A DNA stretch of 21,656 bases from Gemmatimonadota bacterium (GTDB lineage Bacteria > Gemmatimonadota > Gemmatimonadetes > Longimicrobiales > RSA9): NCBI GenBank assembly GCA_040905425.1, contig JBBDRO010000085.1, forward strand, positions 1-21,656, read 5' to 3'. The translations under genes were made by a program, and so were the position numbers. The notes below the pieces were generated by a model. It was not told the DNA's origin. It made no database searches and saw nothing but the letters and a program-made list of their open reading frames with translations. The stretch's first letter is position 1. Each line of letters opens with the position of its first letter. Below, in pieces: positions 7,162-18,000 of the stretch.

Positions 7162-8397
7162 TTATTCATACCGTAAGGCGTCCACCGGATCCAGACGCGC
7201 CGCGCGCCACGCCGGCCACATGCCGAAGAGGATGCCGGCCACGGCGGCCATGCCCAGCGCCGCCACCACCGCGCCCAGGGGCACGGCGGCCGGGATGGGC
7301 GTGAAGGCAGCTACCAGGAAGGCGCTGCCGCCGCCCAGCGCCATGCCGATGGCGGCGCCGATGAAGGTCAGGGTGGTGGACTCCACCAGGAACTGCCAGA
7401 GGATCTCCCGCCGGGTGGCGCCCATGGCCTTGCGGATGCCGATCTCGCGGGTGCGTTCGGTGACGGCGATCATCATGATGGCAATGACGCCCACGCCGCC
7501 AACCATCAGCCCCACCGAGGAGAGCGCCAGCATCACCATGAAGAAGACGCCGGTGACGCGGTTGAAGGTGTCCAGCAGCTCTTCCTGCCGGATGACCGCG
7601 AAGTCGTTCGCGTCCCCGGGGTGCAGCCGCCGGCTGGCGCGCAGCAGGGCAATGACCTGGTCCATGGCCTCGTCCTGCGTGGCCGTCTCGGCGGTGACCA
7701 CGAGCGCGTTCATGCCGCGTGTGCCGGCCTTGAGGTGCTTCAGGGCGCTCGTGTAGGGCATCACCACGAAGTTCTTGTTCAGGCCGGCGAAGATGTTGTC
7801 CACCTGCCGGAAGACGCCGATCACCTCGAAGGGCCGAGCGCCGATGCGGACCGTGCGCCCGATGGCGCCGAGCGTGCCGAAGAGCTCCTGCGCGAGCGGC
7901 TCCGAGAGGACCGCCACGGGCGCGGAAGCCCGCACGTCGTGGGGCAGCATGTTGTGGCCGGCCACGATCTCGCCGGCCGTGTAGTCGGGCCAGGAGACGT
8001 CGGTGGCCGAGATGGACACCGAGGACAGGCGCTGGCTCCCGTAGCTGATCTCGCGGCCCAGGTCCAGGCTGGCCAGCGCCGTCTTCACCGCGGGCAGGTC
8101 ACCCATGGCGCGGATCTCCGCCACGGTGAGCGCCGGGTTGTCGGCCCAGGGCGGACGGCCGCTGGTCACGATCTGCACGTCATTGTAGTCGAAGCGGGCC
8201 ACCATGAAGTTCTTGGGGCCCACTTTCTCCATCATGTCCGTGACGGTGGTCTGGATGCCGGCGATCATGGCGCTCATGGCCATGACCGTGGCCACGCCCA
8301 CCACGATGCCCAGGATGGTCAGGCCGGAGCGGAACTTGTTGGTCCGGAGCTGCTCCACGGCCAGCGCGGCGCCCTCGTAGATGCTCTCGATGCGCAT
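7162..8397 (-). CDS. MacB/FtsX-family ABC transporter permease (paralog 2)
   Basis: NKFRSGLTILGIVVGVATV, large periplasmic domain, VGGVGVIAIMMIAVTERTREIGIRKAMGA, PAWRAARLDPVDALRYE. Confidence 0.93.
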   Translation of the reverse strand: MRIESIYEGAALAVEQLRTNKFRSGLTILGIVVGVATVMAMSAMIAGIQTTVTDMMEKVGPKNFMVARFDYNDVQIVTSGRPPWADNPALTVAEIRAMGDLPAVKTALASLDLGREISYGSQRLSSVSISATDVSWPDYTAGEIVAGHNMLPHDVRASAPVAVLSEPLAQELFGTLGAIGRTVRIGARPFEVIGVFRQVDNIFAGLNKNFVVMPYTSALKHLKAGTRGMNALVVTAETATQDEAMDQVIALLRASRRLHPGDANDFAVIRQEELLDTFNRVTGVFFMVMLALSSVGLMVGGVGVIAIMMIAVTERTREIGIRKAMGATRREILWQFLVESTTLTFIGAAIGMALGGGSAFLVAAFTPIPAAVPLGAVVAALGMAAVAGILFGMWPAWRAARLDPVDALRYE

Positions 8398-8402
8398 GGC
8401 CG

Positions 8403-9647
<1,245 letters not shown>

Positions 9648-9657
9648 GGGCAGTGCC

Positions 9658-10371
9658 TCAGTAGACCAGCGTGGCTTCCGGGCTCCCCTTGAGCACGTCG
9701 CTCTCCACCTGCCCGTCGCGCAGCGTGACCTCGCGCTCGGCGTGGGCCGCGATGTCATGCTCGTGGGTCACCAGCAGGATGGTCTGCCCGTCATCATGGA
9801 GTTCATTGAAGAGGGCCATGATGTCCGCGCTGGTCTTGCTGTCCAGGTTGCCGGTGGGCTCGTCGGCCAGCAGCAGCGCCGGGTTGTTGATGAGCGCCCG
9901 GGCCACCGCCACGCGCTGGCGCTGCCCGCCGGAGAGCTCCGTGGGCTTGTGGTCCATGCGGTCCCCCAGCCCCACCTTGGTGAGCATGGAGGCGGCGCGC
10001 TCCTTCCGCTCGCGGGCCGGCACGCCGGCGTAGATGAGCGGCAGCTCCACGTTGTGCAGGGAGGTGGCGCGCGGCAGCAGGTTGAAGGTCTGGAAGACGA
10101 AGCCTATCTCCTTGTTGCGGATGCGGGCCAGCTGGTCGTCGTTGAGCCCGGCCACGGCCGTGCCGTTCAGCCAGTACTGCCCCGCGGTGGGGGTGTCCAG
10201 GCAGCCGATGAGGTTCATGAAGGTGGACTTGCCGGACCCGGACGGCCCGAGCAGCGCCACGTATTCGTTGGGCTGGATGAGCAGGTCCACGCCGCGCAGT
10301 GCGTGCACCTTCTCGCTCCCCATCTGATAGGTCTTGGTGAGCGCCTCGGTCCGGATGATGGCCTGCTGCAT
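9658..10371 (-). CDS. ABC transporter ATP-binding protein (MacB/LolD type)
   Basis: Walker [21 protein letters not shown], signature LSGGQRQR, Walker [14 protein letters not shown]-loop VTHE; GAGGA RBS. Confidence 0.96.
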   Translation of the reverse strand: MQQAIIRTEALTKTYQMGSEKVHALRGVDLLIQPNEYVALLGPSGSGKSTFMNLIGCLDTPTAGQYWLNGTAVAGLNDDQLARIRNKEIGFVFQTFNLLPRATSLHNVELPLIYAGVPARERKERAASMLTKVGLGDRMDHKPTELSGGQRQRVAVARALINNPALLLADEPTGNLDSKTSADIMALFNELHDDGQTILLVTHEHDIAAHAEREVTLRDGQVESDVLKGSPEATLVY

Positions 10372-10466
10372 CCTGATGAGTCCTCTGGTCTTCGGTGCCT
10401 GCTGCCCCCCGCCGCGATGTCGGCCGGGATGTGCCGCTGTCCATTCGCCGTGGGCGTGGTCCGTGC

Positions 10467-11771
10467 CTAACCCCCCGCGCCGGCCACCGCGCCGGAGCGC
10501 GCCGCCGCCGTGTCGGCGGGCAGCGCCCGCACCGCCTGCTCGTGCTCCAGGGTGCGGATGGCCTCGTAGGGACCGGCCACCACCGTGTCCCCCTCCTCCA
10601 GTCCGGCGAGCACTTCGAAGTGCTCGCGCCCCGCGATACCGATGCGCACGGGCGTGAAGTGCGCCTTGCCGTCACGCACCACGAAGACGCCTTCCTGGTC
10701 CCGCTCCTCCTCGGCGTCGGCGCCCAGCGCCGCGGCGCCCAGGTCCTCGTTGGGCAGCGCCTCCACGTCATCCCGCTCGCGCACGGTCAGCGCGATGATG
10801 GGCACGGCCAGCGCGCGCGGCCGCATGTCGGTCACCATCTCCGAGGTGGCCGAGAGGTCAGGGCGCAGGGTGGCTGGCGGGCTGTCCAGGCGGATCACCA
10901 CCTGGAAGTCGATGGCCTGCCCCTGGCCGCCGCCGGTGGACGCCGCGGTCTCCCGCGAGCGCACGGCGCTGTGCCCGATCTCACTCACCCGGCCGGTGAA
11001 CTTCTGGCGCGGGAAGGCGTCGATCTGGACCACCGCACTGTCCCCCAACTCCAGCTGCGGCACGTCGGTCTCGTCCACGTGCACCACCACCTCCATGACA
11101 CTCAGGTCGGAGACGGTGAGCAGCAGGCTGCCGGCGTTGTTCATGGTGCCCACGATGGCCGTCTCACCGGCGTCCACGTTGAGCCTCGTGACGATGCCGT
11201 CCATGGGCGCCCGGATCACCGACTTGGCCAGCTGGTTGCGCGCCTCGCCGAGCGCGGCCTGGGCCTGCGCCACGCCGAAGGTGGCGGCCTTCAGGAGCTG
11301 CTCGTTCACCAGCACCTGCGTCTCCGACTCCTCCAGCGCCTGCCGGCTCACCAGCTCCGCGTTGGCGCTGGCCAACTGTTGATTCCTCTCCCAGACGCGC
11401 TGTGCCTGGATTAGGTTGGCACTCGCTTGCGCCTGCCGCGCCCGCGCCTCGCTCACTGCCGCCTCGGCCCGGGAGACGGCGGCCTCGTACTGCGTGGGAT
11501 CAATGCGCAGCAGGATCTGCCCTGCCGTGACGCTCTGGCCCTCCGCCACGTAAAGTGCGGTGATGCGGCCCATGATGTCCGCCTGCACGTCCACCTTGCG
11601 GTGCGGCTGGATCCAGCCGCTGGCGGAGACCACGCCCACCAGGTCCTGCCGGGTGACCTCCTCCATGCGCACGGCCACGGCATCATTGCCGGTGACGGCG
11701 CCTATGACGGCAATGCCGCCCACCAGCACCACCAGCCCGGCGGCGATCCCGATCTTGGTTCCCTTGCGCAT
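10467..11771 (-). CDS. Periplasmic adaptor / membrane fusion protein (MacA/HlyD family)
   Basis: N-terminal membrane anchor, lipoyl halves ([31 protein letters not shown]), alpha-helical hairpin, VDETDV, LRPDLSA. ATG 11771 overlaps the upstream stop (TGATG) and has an AGGAG RBS. Confidence 0.93.
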   Translation of the reverse strand: MRKGTKIGIAAGLVVLVGGIAVIGAVTGNDAVAVRMEEVTRQDLVGVVSASGWIQPHRKVDVQADIMGRITALYVAEGQSVTAGQILLRIDPTQYEAAVSRAEAAVSEARARQAQASANLIQAQRVWERNQQLASANAELVSRQALEESETQVLVNEQLLKAATFGVAQAQAALGEARNQLAKSVIRAPMDGIVTRLNVDAGETAIVGTMNNAGSLLLTVSDLSVMEVVVHVDETDVPQLELGDSAVVQIDAFPRQKFTGRVSEIGHSAVRSRETAASTGGGQGQAIDFQVVIRLDSPPATLRPDLSATSEMVTDMRPRALAVPIIALTVRERDDVEALPNEDLGAAALGADAEEERDQEGVFVVRDGKAHFTPVRIGIAGREHFEVLAGLEEGDTVVAGPYEAIRTLEHEQAVRALPADTAAARSGAVAGAGG

Positions 11772-13294
11772 CAACGGCTCTCCTGTGCGTCGATCAGCGG
11801 GCGGCCGACGGCGGCCTCCAGCGCTGCCAGATTCTGATGGAACGCGTAGACGGCGTTCAGATAGGCGCGGTCGGCCCGCGCCATGACGGTTTCGGCTTCC
11901 TGCAGCTCGATGAAGGCGGACTGCCCCACCTGGTAGATCTGGCGGGCCAGTTCGAGCTGGTCCGCGGCCAGCTCCAGGTTGACCTCCTCGAGCGCCACGC
12001 TCTCCCCGGCCGTGACCAGGTTGAGGTAGGCGGTGCCCACCTCCGTGCGGATGCGCAGCTCCTCGGCGCGCAGCCGGTGCGCGGCGTCATCGGCGCTCAC
12101 CCGCGCTTCCTGGATGGCGCGCTCGCGGCCCAGCCCCTGGAAGATGGGCACGGAGATCTGCATGGAGAGGCTGAACGGCTGCCCCGTGAAGTCGAAGGGG
12201 AAGCTCTGCCCGCTGTTGCGGATGCGCGCCTCGTCCTGCGGATCCAGGATGAACTGCGCGCAGTCGGCCGGGGTGTTGGGCAGCGGCTCGGAGAGGCCCG
12301 CCGAGATGGCGTTCAGCAGCTCACACTGGTCGCGCTGGCTCTTCATGGCGTTGCGCGCCTGGATCACCGAGTTCTCCCGGTTGCCTGCCTCCCGGGTGTA
12401 GCCGCTCCAGCCCGCGCGCATGCTGAGCGAGGGCAGGTAGGCGGTGCGCGCCATGCGCACGGCCGTCTCCTGGGACTCGCGCTGCGCCCGCTGCGCGCGC
12501 AGGGTGGGGTGGGCGTCCAGGGCGCTCCTCTCCAGCTCGGCCAGCGTCCACGGCACGTCGAACACGGTGAACTCGGTGGTCAGCGCCACGTCCGGCGGTA
12601 GCGAGGTGCCCAGCACCTGCGAGAGGCGGAGCAGCTCCGTCTGCGCCTGGTTGGTGGCCTGCAGCAGGGACACCCGGGAGCGGCCCACCTCCACCTGCGC
12701 CTGCTTCTCGTCCAGCGGGATGGCGGCGCCCACGCTCACACGGGCGGCGGCCAGCGCCAGGTTGTCCCGGGCCCGCGCCAGCTCCTGCTCCGCCAGCTGC
12801 ACGGCGTCACGCGCGCCCAGCACCAGGACGTACTGGCGCGTGACCTCCGTGGCCAGGTTGTGCCCGGCGGCCCGGATGCCGGCCTCCGTGGCCCGGCGCG
12901 CCGCCTTCTGCTGGCCGGGCGCCAGCAGGTCACGGCCGCTCAGCGCGTAGCCCAGCCCCAGCGAGTAGTCGGACGAGTAGTAGTCCGTGCTGCCGCTGAT
13001 GCCCAGCTCGTCACCGGTGAAGATGCCCACGCGCTGCGTGCCCTCGGCCTGGTAGCTGGCACCCACGTTGGCGCTGGCCGTGGGCAGGAAGGCGCCGTAA
13101 GCCTCACGCACGCGCCAGTCGGCTGCGATAGCGTCATTCTGCTGGGCCTGGAAATCGGGATTGTTGCGGCGCGCCAGCTCCAGCGCTTCAGCCAGGGTGA
13201 GGGTGGTGGTCTGCTGCGCGGCCACCGGTGCCCCGAGCAGGCACACCAGGGCCGCCAGCGCCACCATGGATCCGCGGCTTCTATCGTGCACCAT
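11771..13294 (-). CDS. TolC-family outer membrane efflux protein
   Basis: Signal peptide ending PVAA-Q, LTLAEALELARRNNP, AFLP and AYLPSLS repeats, ISVPIFQG, YQVGQSAFIEL. Start is uncertain (ATG 13321, ATG 13294 with GGAG upstream, or ATG 13267). Confidence 0.9.
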   Translation of the reverse strand: MVHDRSRGSMVALAALVCLLGAPVAAQQTTTLTLAEALELARRNNPDFQAQQNDAIAADWRVREAYGAFLPTASANVGASYQAEGTQRVGIFTGDELGISGSTDYYSSDYSLGLGYALSGRDLLAPGQQKAARRATEAGIRAAGHNLATEVTRQYVLVLGARDAVQLAEQELARARDNLALAAARVSVGAAIPLDEKQAQVEVGRSRVSLLQATNQAQTELLRLSQVLGTSLPPDVALTTEFTVFDVPWTLAELERSALDAHPTLRAQRAQRESQETAVRMARTAYLPSLSMRAGWSGYTREAGNRENSVIQARNAMKSQRDQCELLNAISAGLSEPLPNTPADCAQFILDPQDEARIRNSGQSFPFDFTGQPFSLSMQISVPIFQGLGRERAIQEARVSADDAAHRLRAEELRIRTEVGTAYLNLVTAGESVALEEVNLELAADQLELARQIYQVGQSAFIELQEAETVMARADRAYLNAVYAFHQNLAALEAAVGRPLIDAQESR

Positions 13295-13329
13295 CGCGCT
13301 CCGGTTGCATGTCCGAGTCATGGTCCCCC

Positions 13330-13355
13330 TACGCAGGACGCGTGAGCGGGGTTTC
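13330..13355 (-). promoter_or_regulatory. Putative ECF sigma promoter GAAAC-N17-CGTA upstream of the exporter operon
   Basis: The minus strand reads GAAAC-CCCGCTCACGCGTCCTG-CGTA, resembling the AAC/CGT consensus of ECF promoters such as B. subtilis sigmaW/sigmaM. Confidence 0.55.
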
Positions 13356-13373
13356 GCGTTGTGCGGGAAACGT

Positions 13374-13425
13374 GACGGGCGTCGTCGCCTTCAAAAAGAT
13401 GTGGTTGAATGCGACGACGCCCATC
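13374..13425 (-). other. Long intergenic inverted repeat / stem-loop (possible terminator or RNA stability element)
   Basis: Arms GGGCGTCGTCGC-C-TTCAA (13377-13394) and TTGAA-T-GCGACGACGCCC (13405-13422) with a 10-nt loop. The stem extends 3 more pairs, including a U-G wobble, on the minus-strand RNA. Confidence 0.75.
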
Positions 13426-13453
13426 CGGCTCGCTGCCCCGGTCCCGTGCCGGG

Positions 13454-14185
13454 CTACGGCAACTCCGTCCGCTCGGCCACCAGGTTGCGGCCGGGGATCT
13501 CGAGACGCAACACGCGGTTCTGCCCGTCCACCCAGACAATGCGCTCCTGGCCGCCCTGCGGACGCACCGTGAGGCGCGTGGCCTGCACACTCGCGCCGCC
13601 CACGCTGATGCTCTCCGTGCCGCCGCGCACCACCTCGGCCATGACCTGGCGGCTCTCCTGCGGGATCAGGATGGGGATGCGCGTGGTGCCGCTGCCCGCC
13701 AGGCGGGCCACGAAGTAGTACTGGTGCGCCACCGCCTCGTCCACCACGGCGGCGCCCTGGCTGGCCAGGTACTCGCGCCCCTGCTCGCCCGCCGCTGAGA
13801 CTACGCGCGCGCTGACGCGCCCGCCGCTCACGCGCCCCTGGATGGTCTGCGAGTCCGCGCCGTCCACGCTCACGCTGTAGCCCGCCGGACGCAGCCCCGA
13901 ACCCGCCACCTGGAGCTGCGACTCCACTTCCTGGCCACCCGCGCGGCCGTCCAGGATGGTGCGCCCGGTGGCGATCAGGACGGCGTCGTCCCCCGATCCG
14001 TTCTGGCGGATCTGGAAGGTCTCCGAGCCCACCTCGCGGCCGTCCACGAGCAGGCGGAACGTGCCCGCGTCCACGGCGCTCGTCTGCGCGCGCGCGGCGC
14101 CAGGCGCCGCCAGGGCGGCCAGGGCCACGAGCGCCATGAGCGTCGTGCGCGTGGGCATCGTGCGGGCGCGGTGCGTCATCTTCAT
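13454..14185 (-). CDS. Secreted beta-strand-rich hypothetical protein
   Basis: GGAGG RBS, Sec-type signal peptide ending ARA-Q, and a mature region of alternating beta-strand patterns (GTFRLLVDGREVGSETFQI...ERIVWVDGQNRVLRLEIP). Confidence 0.85.
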   Translation of the reverse strand: MKMTHRARTMPTRTTLMALVALAALAAPGAARAQTSAVDAGTFRLLVDGREVGSETFQIRQNGSGDDAVLIATGRTILDGRAGGQEVESQLQVAGSGLRPAGYSVSVDGADSQTIQGRVSGGRVSARVVSAAGEQGREYLASQGAAVVDEAVAHQYYFVARLAGSGTTRIPILIPQESRQVMAEVVRGGTESISVGGASVQATRLTVRPQGGQERIVWVDGQNRVLRLEIPGRNLVAERTELP

Positions 14186-14269
14186 GCTACCTCCATGGGT
14201 GCGGCGAGTGTATGTGTACCCCCGGGATCCGCCTGTGTTCGGAGCGCTGCGGGGCGCCGGGGGCTATAA

Positions 14270-15016
14270 TCACATGGTGTCCGTGTCCTCCTCGGCTACC
14301 TCGCCGAACAGGGCCCGGCGGATGACGTCGAGCAGGCGTTCGTAGATGGCCTGGCCCTTCTCGGCGGTAGCGCGGGTCGGGAAGCCCACCACGCCCGCAC
14401 CGCCCGGCGGTGGAACCGGCAGCTGGCCGCGGATGTAGCGTTGGAAGCGCTCGGGCTCCATGGCAAAGTCCCGCGCGCGCTCCATGCGCACCAGTTCGGG
14501 GTGCAGGTGGAGGAGCACGGAGGTCTCGGCCTCGCACGCGTGCAGCGGCGTCTCCTGCGCTTCGAGGAGGTCACCCACCTCCACGTCCCAGATGGACACC
14601 ACACGCACGCGCGCTTCCTTCGTCAGGAGGGTGGCCAGGGCGTCCAGGTGGGGGTCGTGGCGGTGCGCGGTGAGCAGGATGAATTCGCGCACGCCGTCAT
14701 CCTCCCACGCGGCCAGCAGTTCGTTCAGCACCCGGTGGAGGGTCTTGGGGCTCAGTGAGGCGGTGCCGGCAAAGGCGCGCTCGCACGCCACGTTGACCCC
14801 GTAGTGGATGGTGGGCGCGCGCAGCACGCCCTGCGAGGCCGCCAGGTCCACCCCCAGGCGGCGGGCAATAAGTACATTGGCGCCCAGGGGGAGGTGGGGC
14901 CCATGCTGTTCCAGGGCACCGACGGGGATGATGAGCCGGGGGTCGCGCGCCAGGTGCGCGGCCACGTCGATCCAGCTCAGTTCGTCCAGCGCCAGACTGG
15001 GTGCGTGTTCTTCCAT
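14270..15016 (-). CDS. Creatininase/MftE-family amidohydrolase-like protein (divergent active site)
   Basis: ELSW, IPVGALEQHGPHLPLG, FAGTASL, HACEAETS, GVVGFPTRATAEKG motifs. Start taken as ATG 15016. Confidence 0.88.
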   Translation of the reverse strand: MEEHAPSLALDELSWIDVAAHLARDPRLIIPVGALEQHGPHLPLGANVLIARRLGVDLAASQGVLRAPTIHYGVNVACERAFAGTASLSPKTLHRVLNELLAAWEDDGVREFILLTAHRHDPHLDALATLLTKEARVRVVSIWDVEVGDLLEAQETPLHACEAETSVLLHLHPELVRMERARDFAMEPERFQRYIRGQLPVPPPGGAGVVGFPTRATAEKGQAIYERLLDVIRRALFGEVAEEDTDTM

Positions 15017-15030
15017 TGGCGGAGCGGTCC

Positions 15031-18000
15031 TTGAAGAATTCGGGTACGGCAACGGAGCTCGACCGCACACCCCATACCCTGGCGGCGTGGGGACTGGCCA
15101 CGCTGGCCAGCGCGCTGGTGCTGATCTGGGCCCGTGAACTCACCACAGGGTGGCTGGTCGCGGCGGCCCTGTCCACTCTCGGCGCGCTCCTGGCCGCCCG
15201 CGGCACCCTGAACGTGGCGCGCAGCGGGGCCTCCGTGACCCTGCCCATGGCGCTCCTGGTGCTCGTCGTGGCCGTGGCCGCGGGCACGCTCTGCCACGGG
15301 CGTTTCCGTGCCGTCGAGCGGAGCTACGAGGAGCTGGTCGAAACGCGCGAGCGGCACGTGCGCGCAGCGCTGGAGCGGCGCATGGAGGTGCTGGTGCGGC
15401 GCGGGCGCGCCGCTGTGGAACAGGCCGCGGGCCGCATCCGCATGGCGTCCGGCCAGACGGTCCATTCGCTGAGCATGCTGGAAGACGTGCGCTCGCGCGT
15501 GGACGTGAGCGCACTGGCCGTCTACGACTCGGCCGGCACGCTCAAGACCTGGGCGGGGGCGCACCGCGGCAAGCTGCCCCGCGAGGTGCGCCGCGGGGCG
15601 GTGGCGGTGGCCTACGCGGAGCGGCCCCTCTTCAGCTACCTCTACTTCACGGCGCCCGTGCCGGGCGCCGCGCACCTGCACACGGTCTCCGCCGTGCTCC
15701 TGGAATCCGGGCTGCAGAGCCAGGAGGGCAGGGAGGCCTTCTCCGCACGCTTCGCGGCGGCCACCGGCGCGGCGGCGCGCTTCGAGCCGGGACCCACCCT
15801 GGCGCCGGCCTGGGAGCTACGGGCGGACGGGCGCACGGTAGTGGTGGGCCGCATTGCCCGCCCCACGCAGGCGGATCTGCGCCGGGAGACGGAGCGCCTG
15901 GCGCGCACGCTGGGCGCGCTCCTGGGCCTGGCGGCGTTCATCCTGCTGGCCTTCGGCTGGGTGCGCTCGCCGCACGGTGGCCGGCGCTGGCGGAGCCTGG
16001 CCCCGCTGGCCGTGCTCACGCTCGTGCTGCCGTTCGTGCCACTGGGCCCGCTGCTCGGCGTGGCCCGCTACTACGAGCCCTTCCTCTTCGCGCTGCCGGT
16101 GCCGGGGGACGTCACGCTGGGGCAGCTGGTGGCCTTCCTGCTGCCGCTGGCCGCGCTGGTGGCCACGCTGCGGCCCTTCGGCGTGAAGCGGCGCGGGCTG
16201 GCGCCGGCGCTGGCGCTCGGCGCGGTGGCGGTGGGCTTCGGGTACTGGTTCATCCTGTACCACCTGATCGATCCGGCCACGGCCGAGCTGCTGCGCGGCG
16301 GGCGCGGTCTCTGGGTGGGGCTGCATGCGGCCGTCATCCTCTCCCTCACGGCCCTCACGGCGCTGCTGCTGCCGCGCCGCCGCCGCCACCCCGCGCCGGC
16401 GCTGGTGCGCCGCTCGCCCGCGCTCATCCCGCTTCTGGCCGTGGCGGGGGTGGCGCTCTCGATCGGCCTGGCGCTGCTGGTCATGAGCACGCCCGCGCCG
16501 CCGCCGGAGTGGCCCACGTGGCAGGTGGCGCTGTGGGCCTTCCCCTACCTGCTGCTGGGCACGGCGGCGGCCTACAACATGAGCCCCCGCGGCACGCTGC
16601 TGCGCTGGCTCGCGGCCGGCTGGCTGGCCACCTCCGTGGGCCTGCCGCACCTGTGGAACGCCGAGACGGCCGCGCGCCTGGAGACGGTGGAGGACGAGCT
16701 GGCGACGCTGGGCGCACGCGTGGACGGCTACCTGGAGTACCTGCTGACGCTCTTCCAGCAGCAGGTGGTGGAGCGCACCGCGGCCGGCGAGGAGGGCGTG
16801 GATCTGCTCTACCGGAGCTGGGTGGCCAGCGGCATGGCGCGTGAGTCGTACGCCGCGCGCATGGCTCTCTGGGACTCGCTCTCCGCGGCGGAGGTCGAGA
16901 TCGGGCTCGGCGGCGCCACGGGATCCGATACCGCCCAGATGGTGGTGCGCCTGGCGGTGGACTCAGCGCAGCGGCTCATTCCCGGCCAGTACCTGGTGCA
17001 GGCGGTGGTGGAGGCGCAGGATATCAACTACATCCTGGCCGTGCCGCTGGCGGGTGGCCGCGTGGCCACGGTGGTGGTGCCGCCGCGCCGCGAGCTGCAG
17101 ATCCGCAGCGTGGTGGCTCCCTTTCTGGGCGGCTCTCCCACCGGGGCGCACGAGTTCTACCTGGACACGGACCTGGGCGGCGCCACCGAGGAGGTGGAGT
17201 GGGTGCGGCGCGAGCGGGGCTGGCACGGCACCCGGGTGGTGGAGTTCCCCGACGGCTTCTACCGGGCGCACGTGCTGGTACACATGCCCGGCACGGCGGT
17301 GCGGGTGGCGCGCGCCGTGCTCCTCCTGGTCACGGACCTGGCACTGCTCACGTTACTGCTCGGGGCGGGCCTCTTCCTGCGCGGCATGAACGCCGTCTCG
17401 CCGCGCCGCGTCATGCCCTGGCTGGCCAGCTTCCGGGGGCGCATCACGGGCGCCCTCTTCCTCTTCTTTCTCACGCCCACCGTGCTCTTCGGGCTGGTGG
17501 GCTATCGTGCGCTGGCCGACGAGGTGGAGCGCACCACCAGCGCCGTGGCCGAGCGCGCCGTGCACCAGGCCGAGCTGGGCTTCCAGGACACCGGTGGAAA
17601 CCTGCGTGAGCTGGCCCGCCACGTCGGCACCGACGTGCTGCTCTTCGATCCCACGGGCGAACTGGCACAGGCCTCCTCGCCCGAGGCGCTGGAGCTGGGC
17701 GTCTACGGTGCCTGGATGCCGCCGGAGGTGTGGGCGCCGCTCTATCGGAGCGACCAGCCCATGATGGTCTCCGAGCGTCAGCTGGGCGGCCAGTCCTTCG
17801 TCATGGCCTATCGCAAGCTGCCGCCCACGAACCACTACCTGGCCGTGCCCATGATGCTCTCGTCGGGGCGCACCGCGCTCATGCAGGGGGAGCTGGCCGA
17901 CGTGGTGCTCTTTGCCAGCCTGCTCGGCGCGCTGCTCTCCCTGGCGCTCTCGCTGGCGGTGGGGCGCGCGCTGGCGGGGCCGATCGGCCGGCTACGGCGG

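Noticed and set aside
10373..10400. CTGATGAGTCC resembling a hammerhead ribozyme core
   Set aside because: There is no closing stem II or GAAA downstream; the sequence is the reverse complement of the ATPase RBS region.
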